A DNA stretch of 47,339 nt from Candidatus Woesearchaeota archaeon (GTDB lineage Archaea; Nanobdellota; Nanobdellia; Woesearchaeales; GW2011-AR4). The notes below the pieces were generated by a model. It had not been told where the DNA came from and did not search any database. It was given only the letters and a program-made list of their open reading frames with translations. Positions 8,730 through 17,074 of the stretch are shown here, piece after piece. Location: assembly GCA_016784195.1 (NCBI GenBank), contig JADHVE010000001.1:1-47339 (forward strand), given 5' to 3'. The position numbers were made by a program, and so were the translations under genes. Positions within the stretch are counted from its first letter, which is position 1; the number at the start of each line of letters is the position of its first letter.

Positions 8730-11219
8730 TTATCTAATTATCTTATTCTCCCATAATCTCCTTATAAATATCTCAATCAAAAATATTACCAGAGCAATCA
8801 AAACAAACGGCCATGTATAATTTGTGCTCTCAATTTTAATCCTTCTGGACTTCTCAATCACGAAATCAATTATCCCGTCTAAATCATCTTTCTCAAACAC
8901 AGTTCCTCCAGTGGAGTTAATCAGGTTGATAAACTTCTCATCAATTCCTAAGTCAGAATATTCTTCCTTATAATTAACAGCAACATCTGCTCCAAGGAAA
9001 GTATAAAACCCTGTAGCTTCAGGCTCAAATTCCGCCCTGTAATAATTAACATCGGTTTTGGCAAAAAACAGCCCTTCCTGTTTCGGAAGATCTTTTGAGA
9101 TAACATCAACATAAGTGGATTCGCCTAAAGTTGTATCTCTTATTGTAACATCGAACTCCTTTTTCCTTCCAAGATTGCCTATTGCCCAGTTTACGCTTCT
9201 AGTTATTAATTTTGAATTCTGCTTCGTTAAAATCTCGCCAGCCCATCTGCCCCCGTCATCAGTAGCTATGGAAACAACCCTGCCTAGGCCAAAGCGCCAG
9301 ACAGCTAAAATAGGTATATTTTTGTTAGTTGTGACAAGCAGCCTTGCAGCAGGCTTCGGAATAACATAATTATAGCCGCTGATAACTACATCCAATTCAA
9401 TATCTCTTGTTATAAAATGAACAGTATCCAGAACAGCCAGTTGATTGAAAAACTCTTCATCTTCTTCATCAGGCTCCCCAAATAAGATCCTCAGCCTGTT
9501 CTGGGAATTTGCAGGGAAATAAACGCCCTGGCCTATAGCTGCCATATTGCTTAAAAATTCTGTCTCCTGCTTTTCTTTTGTTCCAACACCGACAACATAA
9601 GTCTTAATTGCTCTTGCAGAAGCCTGCCTTACTGCATCCTCTGCATTTAACATAGGGTCTCTGAATAATCCCCTGCCGTCTGAAATAAGGATTATGTTCC
9701 TTCCTCCGCTTACACCCATAAGCATATTGGTTGCTTGTTTAATTCCAGCCTCTATAGCAGATTGGCCCCCTCCCTGTAATCTAGCTATCTTGTCAATCAA
9801 TCCTTTTTTGTTATCTTTCAATGTAATAATATTTGAGACAACACCTACAAAAGGCGATTTAGGAGTTCCGACAACAACAACACCCGCATTTAGTTTATCA
9901 TCCAGGCTGTTAAGAACATCTGCCGCTAATGCCTTTATTACTTGATCATAATCTCGGACTTCTATCCTGCCTCCAGAGCCATAAACTTCTGTTGTAGAGC
10001 CTGAAACATCCACAACAACAATAACCTGCACATCGCTCTTCTCACTTTCCTCACCAGATCCTACCCTGATAGGCAGCAAAGACTCAATTAAGTTAGCTTC
10101 TTTATACCCTCCTCTGTCATAAGAATTCTGGCCCCCTATAACCACAAGCCCGTTGCCTATATCAGCAACATAGTCCTCTAATAAGTCTATTCTTGGCAGT
10201 ATCTCATTTGCAGGCACATCATTCAAAACAACAGTCATGTAATTCGTCAATTCAGGAGGTATAGTGCTGGTCGTAGTCACATCATAAAGCTTATTAAACT
10301 CATTTTCCAGAGGAGAGCTTTTTTTAGTTACAAACAAAACAGACGGCCTGTTTACAATCTTAATAGTTTTATAATAAATATTGTTCTGATTAAAATAATC
10401 ATTGCCTTTTATATCCACAATCTTTGCAGTAATCCTGTGGAAAACCCCCTCGGAAAAAAACTTTGTAAACGGAACATTTACGCTTCCTCTAACTTCCTTG
10501 GAATAAACAATCTCATTATCCAGTAAAATTTCAAGAACATAAGAAAGCTCTTCTCCAACATTATTGATTCTGACCATAAAGCTGCCTTCTGTATCCTTTA
10601 TTACCTCATAAGGTCCTTCAACTATAACACCAACATCATTCGCTTTTGGTTTTAAATTCAAAGTGCTTATTGTTGAGTTTATCGAAGAAGAAAATAAGAT
10701 GATATCTCCAAGCAGCTTGCCCTTATTGTTATTTCCATCACTAATAACAAGCATATTTTCCCCTCCTTCTAGATTATTCAAAATGCCGTTGCCAATTGCA
10801 GACTCTTCCTCGCTACCAATGCTTCTTAAGTCAACAGGAATTTTGCCTTTTATCTTCTCATACAACCCCTCACCAATACTATCCTCAAATAAATCAAATG
10901 AATTTGATTCATCAGTTAATATTGTAAGCCTAGGATTTCCTGTTATTAGCCTGCTCTCCAGGATAAAAGGAGATGCTATGGACATGATTACAAAAACAAA
11001 AATAAGGCTTCTGGTTATGAGCATGATAATCCTTAATCTTTTTCTGTCATTGTCAAACTGGATCTGCTCTGCTTTGCTCATAAACTTGATAAAGTTCCTA
11101 CGTATCAGCCAGAACAATATCAGCACTACAGGAATTATCAAAAACAAAACATAGGAATACCTAGTGCAATACTTGCTCATGCAGAATACTCTGCTAAAGT
11201 CCGGCATTATAAATGTCAT
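8730..11219 (-). CDS. Large BatA-like membrane protein with a vWA domain and GATase1-like (DUF1355-type) modules
   Basis: N-terminal TM plus RR motif (LIIPVVLILFWLIRRNF), as in BatA N-termini. vWA MIDAS motif VVVDVSGS. LVISDGNN and LAVWRFGLGRVVSIATD resemble class-I amidotransferase-like domains. C-terminal TM present. Confidence 0.75.
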   Translation of the reverse strand: MTFIMPDFSRVFCMSKYCTRYSYVLFLIIPVVLILFWLIRRNFIKFMSKAEQIQFDNDRKRLRIIMLITRSLIFVFVIMSIASPFILESRLITGNPRLTILTDESNSFDLFEDSIGEGLYEKIKGKIPVDLRSIGSEEESAIGNGILNNLEGGENMLVISDGNNNKGKLLGDIILFSSSINSTISTLNLKPKANDVGVIVEGPYEVIKDTEGSFMVRINNVGEELSYVLEILLDNEIVYSKEVRGSVNVPFTKFFSEGVFHRITAKIVDIKGNDYFNQNNIYYKTIKIVNRPSVLFVTKKSSPLENEFNKLYDVTTTSTIPPELTNYMTVVLNDVPANEILPRIDLLEDYVADIGNGLVVIGGQNSYDRGGYKEANLIESLLPIRVGSGEESEKSDVQVIVVVDVSGSTTEVYGSGGRIEVRDYDQVIKALAADVLNSLDDKLNAGVVVVGTPKSPFVGVVSNIITLKDNKKGLIDKIARLQGGGQSAIEAGIKQATNMLMGVSGGRNIILISDGRGLFRDPMLNAEDAVRQASARAIKTYVVGVGTKEKQETEFLSNMAAIGQGVYFPANSQNRLRILFGEPDEEDEEFFNQLAVLDTVHFITRDIELDVVISGYNYVIPKPAARLLVTTNKNIPILAVWRFGLGRVVSIATDDGGRWAGEILTKQNSKLITRSVNWAIGNLGRKKEFDVTIRDTTLGESTYVDVISKDLPKQEGLFFAKTDVNYYRAEFEPEATGFYTFLGADVAVNYKEEYSDLGIDEKFINLINSTGGTVFEKDDLDGIIDFVIEKSRRIKIESTNYTWPFVLIALVIFLIEIFIRRLWENKIIR

Positions 11220-11289
11220 TTTATTTTTTAATTATTTATTTTTATCATTAATTTTATTTTTCCATTAGGCGCTTTTACACTATCTCACT

Positions 11290-11500
11290 TATTTCATGAA
11301 AATGCAAAACATTTTCAGGACACCAAAAATCTTTGATTTTTGCGTGTGAATATCTTCTTAGTTTTGTTTTTTGATTATTTTTTTACTTTTAAAATTTTTA
11401 ATAATAATGATAATAACAATAAAAAATCAACACAACCGCGTTCACAAATAATTGTGTTCCTGTTTGTGCTCCACTGGTTAATTTTTTATTGGCTAATTTT
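11290..11500 (-). repeat. Structured intergenic repeat, copy B (core 11421-11477)
   Basis: Gene-sense core: CCAGTGGAGCACAAACAGGAACACAATTATTTGTGAACGCGGTTGTGTTGATTTTTT. Also carries the AAAAAAATAATCAAAAAACAAAACTAAGAAGATATTCACACGCA block and a distal arm with two hairpins. Confidence 0.85.
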
Positions 11501-11504
11501 TAAT

Positions 11505-13382
11505 TTAAATATCACCCCTTACTTTAAGGTAATATGTTTCAATTGACAAAATCAAAAACACGATTATGAGCAATAAATGAGTTATTCCAAAATTATGCTC
11601 TTTTCTTTCTTTTTCCATAGCAACATCTTTTTTCTCTTCTTTTTCTAAGCTTAAAACAGGAGCAACATCAGATTCCTGTTCATCCAGCAGGTTAACAGCT
11701 ATTTTCATGCCATTAAACTCATAAATTCCTGCTTCATCCATAATCAGCTTTGAGGTCTTTAACTTGCCTGAAGGTGTATTGACAGTCTGCTCAGGTATTG
11801 TTAAAATCTTCCCAGCTTGGTAATTAAACTCATTAATGCCCTCTGTCTCTACCATAAAATTAACTAAGTTATTCCAGAATATTGGATAAGAAGGCAGGGT
11901 TTTGAATTCACTATAACTGTCAAAAATACCGTAATAAGCAATCTTTCCCTCTCCAAGATTCCTTAACACTATAACTGGAGTTTTGTCTGGAGTAGATACA
12001 ATACTAATCGAGTCTTTCTTTAAAGTGGCTTTAAAAAATTTTCCGGTTGTTGTAAAACAGATGTCTTTCTCAAATTGTTTTGTGAATTGATTAATGACAT
12101 CAACGCAGACATTTGAAGCTTCCTCTGTTTTTCCGTTAAACTGCACCACAACCGAGTCATACATATTTACGCCGGCTAAATCTTCCTGCGCTGTATAAAC
12201 CAGCTTGCCCCCTTTCTTGACATAACTGGAAATATCAATGAAATTCCCAGGCAAAATTCCATCCCTCTTCCTTACATTGTTTATCTCATGGACAATCATA
12301 ATGTCCTGCTCATAAGGCTCTACCTTCTGCCCGTTTCTGTCCCCGCTCGTGCAGATTGTCAGAACAGGAGGATTCACAACACAAAGGTTCATATCTTTTG
12401 AAGCATCCAAAGCCAGCTCTAAATTTGAGCTCACCTTATTTGTTATCAGTAAAACATCAACCTGTTTTTTCAGTGGAGTGCTGATATAAGCCTTATTGTC
12501 CAGCTCAAAATTATCCTTTGGATCTAAAACTACTTCGCTAACTCCTGCAGGAGTATCATCAAAAACAAAACTTTCAATAGATTTTGGCAGTACGCTTATG
12601 CTACCTGAAGAAGCCAGTTCTTTGCCGCCCTGCATCAGTTTTAATGTAATGCTTTTTTCATTATCATTGAAATTTTTGACATGGACCTTCATATTATGCT
12701 TGGTCACATCTAATTTTGTAATTCCGATATTCTCTGCTTTATCAGAGACATCAACAAAATCAACAATTATCTCTTCAGTTGTCAAAGTCTTCTTTACAAC
12801 CATTAAATCAGGCCCGTCAATATTGCTGAAGTCGCTTATAACAACAACCTTTCCAGACTTATCTCCCAAAATATCTTTAGCCAATAACATGGCATCTCCC
12901 AAATTTGTTGTTGTAGATTTTGCCTTTAATTTTGACAGTAAATCCAGAGCAACATCAGTGCTTTCATCTTCCAAAACAATCAATGGAATATTCTCTGCAA
13001 GGATTATGCTGTTTTTACCGCTCAGGCTTTTCTTAGCTTCCCCAATAGCCCTGTCAAACCTGGAAGATCTTTCCTTAACCTGCATTGACGCGCTTGCATC
13101 TAAAACAATCACTGTATTCTCCAGAGTAACATCATAAGGCAGGATTATAAAAGGAGCAGCAACTCCTAGAGACAATAATAATAAAGCAAGCAGCTGCAGA
13201 AAAAACAACAGGTTATGCATAAGTTTTCTGAAAAGGGAATATTTCTGGGATGTTTTTCTGTTCTTTATCAAAAACATCAATGAAGGAACTACTTTATCCT
13301 CCGGCTTGGGCCTTCTTAAGTATAGTATTATAAAAGGAACTAAGCTCAAAAAAGCCCATAACCCCATCATATTCTCAAACAT
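11505..13382 (-). CDS. BatA-like vWA domain membrane protein
   Basis: N-terminus WAFLSLVPFIILYLRRPK matches the aerotolerance BatA N-domain style. vWA motif VIVLDASASM. C-terminal TM LLLIIVFLILSI. Confidence 0.8.
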   Translation of the reverse strand: MFENMMGLWAFLSLVPFIILYLRRPKPEDKVVPSLMFLIKNRKTSQKYSLFRKLMHNLLFFLQLLALLLLSLGVAAPFIILPYDVTLENTVIVLDASASMQVKERSSRFDRAIGEAKKSLSGKNSIILAENIPLIVLEDESTDVALDLLSKLKAKSTTTNLGDAMLLAKDILGDKSGKVVVISDFSNIDGPDLMVVKKTLTTEEIIVDFVDVSDKAENIGITKLDVTKHNMKVHVKNFNDNEKSITLKLMQGGKELASSGSISVLPKSIESFVFDDTPAGVSEVVLDPKDNFELDNKAYISTPLKKQVDVLLITNKVSSNLELALDASKDMNLCVVNPPVLTICTSGDRNGQKVEPYEQDIMIVHEINNVRKRDGILPGNFIDISSYVKKGGKLVYTAQEDLAGVNMYDSVVVQFNGKTEEASNVCVDVINQFTKQFEKDICFTTTGKFFKATLKKDSISIVSTPDKTPVIVLRNLGEGKIAYYGIFDSYSEFKTLPSYPIFWNNLVNFMVETEGINEFNYQAGKILTIPEQTVNTPSGKLKTSKLIMDEAGIYEFNGMKIAVNLLDEQESDVAPVLSLEKEEKKDVAMEKERKEHNFGITHLLLIIVFLILSIETYYLKVRGDI

Positions 13383-13528
13383 TTTATTTTAAATTTATTT
13401 TTTTATTTTATATTTTGAAATTTTTTTAATTTGTCTTAATTTCTATTAACTTTATTTTTAATTTTTTATATCCGTTTTTATTTTATAATTTTTTAATGAT
13501 TTTTTTAAAATGGTATTTTTTTTATTGA

Positions 13529-13729
13529 TTATTTTTTATTTGATTTTTTTAGTGCTTTTTCTAGGTCTTTTGGATTTAACAATTCTTTGACAATAACAAG
13601 GTGGTCATCTACCAGATACCAGTAAAGCTCATTATCCGCCTCTATTTTCAGCTCCTGTCTTGCCTCAAAAGGCAGAGTTAATTGCCCCTGCTTTGTCAGC
13701 TTAGCCTTTCCAACAAACCGGATATCCAT
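13529..13729 (-). CDS. AbrB/SpoVT-type DNA-binding protein
   Basis: 66 aa. KLTKQGQLTLPFEARQELKIEADNELYW fits the swapped-hairpin AbrB/MazE fold pattern. Confidence 0.65.
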   Translation of the reverse strand: MDIRFVGKAKLTKQGQLTLPFEARQELKIEADNELYWYLVDDHLVIVKELLNPKDLEKALKKSNKK

Positions 13730-13799
13730 TTTGAATTAATAATATTAATAATTTTAATACATTTAATACATTTAAACATATTCTTAATATTAATAATAT

Positions 13800-13838
13800 A
13801 TAAATGTTCCGAAAATGCTTTGCATTTCGGACATTTAT
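13800..13838. promoter_or_regulatory. Imperfect palindrome upstream of the AbrB-like gene (candidate operator)
   Basis: ATAAATGTTCCGAAAATGC-ttt-GCATTTCGGACATTTAT. The half-site ATAAATGTTCC recurs at 13864-13874. Confidence 0.35.
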
Positions 13839-14120
13839 GCCTGAAAATTAAAATTTTCATCGTATAAATGTTCCTAAAAACACAAACATTCTCTGGCTAT
13901 TTGCTCAACTCCTAACTTTTTCCGCAACTTTTAAATACAACCTGCGCAATCTTAATAAAATAATGATTAACTTTATTTATTTTAAATCCAACGCAGTTTT
14001 AACTAATTCTACAACTACAACAACAGCTTAGAGCTGTTCATTGTTCTGTCCAACTATTCTTTTTATTTTTAATCAATAATTTTATAAATAATGAAAAAAA
14101 TAAAACAAAGGTGAAATAAA

Positions 14121-15845
14121 ATGGCAAAAAAGGAAGACATCATGGCCTTAAGGCACTCTGCAGCACATATCATGGCGCAGGCTGTAAGGAATATATTCCC
14201 CGACGCAAAGCTGGCTATTGGACCGCCTATAGAAGATGGCTTTTATTATGATTTTGATACAAAACCCTTCCATCCTGATGACTTAAAAAAAATAGAGCGG
14301 GAAATGAACAGCCTTATCAGGCAGAATTTAGAGTTTAAAAAGAAAATAATATCAAAAAAAGAAGCAAAAAATTTATTCGAAGGCGAGCCATACAAGGTTG
14401 AGTTAATAGGTGAACTAAAGGAAGAAAAGGCTACAATCTATACTCAGGGAAATTTTACAGACTTATGCAAGGGCCCCCATGTTGAAAACTCCAAAACATT
14501 AAAGGCTTTCAAATTAACAAAAATTGCAGGAGCATACTGGAAAGGAAAATCAGAAAATAAGCAGCTACAGAGAATTTATGGGATTATTTTCCATGATAAA
14601 GAAGAGCTGAAAAATCATTTAAAATTATTAGAAGAAGCAGAAAAAAGAGACCATAGAAAGCTTGGAAAGCAATTAGACCTATTTAGCTTGCATGAAGAAG
14701 GCCCTGGATTTATTTTCTGGCATCCAAAAGGAACAACAATAATAAACCTATTGCTGGATTTCTGGAGAGAAGAGCATATTAAAAATGGCTATAAGGAGGT
14801 AAAGACTCCTGTAATCTTAGACAGGGTTCTATGGGAGCGTTCTGGACATTGGGCTAATTACAAAGACATGATGTATTTCACAAAAATAGACGACCGGGAT
14901 TTTGCTATAAAGCCAATGAACTGCCCAGGGGGAATTCTAATTTTCAAAGAGCATTTGCCGAGCTACAGGGAACTGCCAATAAAAATGGCAGAGCTAGGCT
15001 TAGTCCATAGGCACGAACTCTCAGGTGTTTTAGCTGGATTATTCCGGGTCAGAGCTTTTACTCAGGATGATGCGCATATTTTCATGATGGAAAAACAGAT
15101 GAAGCAGGAAGTGATTAATGTAATAAATTTAACAGATAAGATTTACAAAACATTCAACTTTGATTATCATGTAGAATTATCAACAAAACCAGAAAAGCAC
15201 ATAGGCTCAGATAAACAATGGGAAATAGCAACTAACGCTTTAAAGCAGGCTTTAGCAGCTAGAAAAATAAAATATAAGATTAATGAAGGAGATGGAGCTT
15301 TCTATGGCCCAAAAATTGATTTTCATATCAAGGATTGTTTAGGCCGAACCTGGCAGTGTGCAACAATACAGCTTGACATGGCAATGCCTGACAAATTTGA
15401 CATCAACTACATAGGAGAAGACGGTAACAAGCACAAGGTTGTAATGCTCCACAGGACAATTTTTGGCAGCATTGAAAGATTCTTGGGAATTTTGATAGAA
15501 CACTATGCAGGCAGATTCCCTTTATGGTTAGCGCCTGTTCAGGTAAAAATTTTAACAGTCGCAGACAGATTTGCAGGTTACGCAGAAAAAATAAAAGAAG
15601 AATTAAAGAAACATAACTTTAGGGTAGAAGTTGATTCAAGAACAGAATCTGTCGGCTACAAGGTAAGGGGAGCCCAGCTGCAAAAAATTCATTTAATCCT
15701 AAATGTAGGAGAAAAAGAAGAAAAAAATAAGACTGTAGCGGTAAGAACTTCAGACAATAAGCTGCACTTTGATATTAAGCTTGACAGCTTGATTAAAAAA
15801 ATAAATGCAAATATCAAAGAAAAGAAAGAAAGTTTTAGTTTGTGA
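14121..15845 (+). CDS. thrS: Threonyl-tRNA synthetase, bacterial-type N2 editing domain, no TGS domain
   Basis: HSAAHIMAQAV and DLCKGPHV (SAD/editing domain), class II core (FRVRAFTQDDAHIF, GAFYGPKIDF), anticodon-binding C-terminus. AAGGTGA SD 7 nt before the ATG. Confidence 0.95.
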   Translation: MAKKEDIMALRHSAAHIMAQAVRNIFPDAKLAIGPPIEDGFYYDFDTKPFHPDDLKKIEREMNSLIRQNLEFKKKIISKKEAKNLFEGEPYKVELIGELKEEKATIYTQGNFTDLCKGPHVENSKTLKAFKLTKIAGAYWKGKSENKQLQRIYGIIFHDKEELKNHLKLLEEAEKRDHRKLGKQLDLFSLHEEGPGFIFWHPKGTTIINLLLDFWREEHIKNGYKEVKTPVILDRVLWERSGHWANYKDMMYFTKIDDRDFAIKPMNCPGGILIFKEHLPSYRELPIKMAELGLVHRHELSGVLAGLFRVRAFTQDDAHIFMMEKQMKQEVINVINLTDKIYKTFNFDYHVELSTKPEKHIGSDKQWEIATNALKQALAARKIKYKINEGDGAFYGPKIDFHIKDCLGRTWQCATIQLDMAMPDKFDINYIGEDGNKHKVVMLHRTIFGSIERFLGILIEHYAGRFPLWLAPVQVKILTVADRFAGYAEKIKEELKKHNFRVEVDSRTESVGYKVRGAQLQKIHLILNVGEKEEKNKTVAVRTSDNKLHFDIKLDSLIKKINANIKEKKESFSL

Positions 15846-15879
15846 TTTATCTTTAATTTTTTCTATTTATTACCTGTTT

Positions 15880-16736
15880 TTAAAAAAAATTTACAATATC
15901 GCTGAAATAAGCTGAATCTGGTCCTTTACCAAAAGAGCTTATCCCAAGCAGTCTGGGGTCAGACGATGAACTGATAATTGGATAAGAAGATCTTATATGT
16001 GTACTTGAAGGAAATTTAATCTGAGTTTGCCTTATTATTGTCAAATCACCTATGTTTGTAACCTCTTTAGATTGTGCAACTTTACCTCTTTGGTCATGGT
16101 CTATGCAACTCACTTCTTCACCTAGTTCTGGTATTCTTGTTTTGAGGGGGAACTCTTTCAAGTTCAAACCATGAGAAACTAAATCACGATGGGATGTTAC
16201 TTTATGAGCTGGTATTTTATAAACTGCTGAGTCTGTTTTTGGATCCAGTCTTTCTTCTTCTAATCTTACACCCTTATAGCAGGCTTCTATTTCCTCCCCA
16301 GTAACCTGATTCCATATTAGGTAACCATTAACCCTTTTTTGATTTTTCTAGGGAGCTTTATTGTATTGCATGAAACTAAGATTCTATCCCCGATATATAT
16401 TGCCGCAGGACTTACTTCTTTGCCATAGGTCCTCAAATGAGCCTTTCCAGTAGTTTTAAACTCGGGATAGAATATTGCTCTTTGACATGCTTCACCTACC
16501 TCTAGCTCACCTTGTTCAGAATTAGATCCAGAATTATATTTAGAATAATATTCAGGATTATCAAGAACATTTAGGATATGCAATGCCCCAATATTTTGAA
16601 CTACTTTTGGACCCAATGCCTTTATCACTTGATTAACTTTTGGACCCTTTGAGGATATATCAAAAATCAGTTCTAGAATACTCTGGTTACTCGATAATTC
16701 ATCCAATAGTTTTTTTGGATCAAAAGTTCCACCCAT
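15880..16736 (-). pseudogene. Unknown gene split by a 1-nt frameshift at an A-run
   Basis: The track ORFs 16317..16736 and 15880..16167 are bridged by an open frame. By hand it reads KNQKRVNGYLIWNQVTGEEIEACYKGVRLEEERLDPKTDSAVYKIPAHKVTSHRDLVSHGLNLKEF. The frames switch at mRNA AAAAATCAAAAAAGGG (plus strand 16333-16348). Confidence 0.5.
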
Positions 16737-17074
16737 CTTAATTTTATCAGTGTTTTTAAAAACTATTTTCGGGTTATACTTTACATACGAACAATATAAT
16801 CTAATTTCCCGGTGATATTTATAAAATTTTTGTTATTCAATGCTCTGAATACTACCAAATTACAATCAGGTGGGCTTTAAATTTTTAGGATACCTAGTTT
16901 ATATCTTCGAAATTTTACTGCATTGTACAGTCAATTTAGGGGTATAGAAATATGTTGCTGATGCCAAGTTTATAAATAAATAGTTATACATGCTGCATTT
17001 AATTAAAACCAAATTATGAAAACTGCAATATTTCTGCATTAAACTGAGGGTAAGGGGAATATAAAAATTATCTT

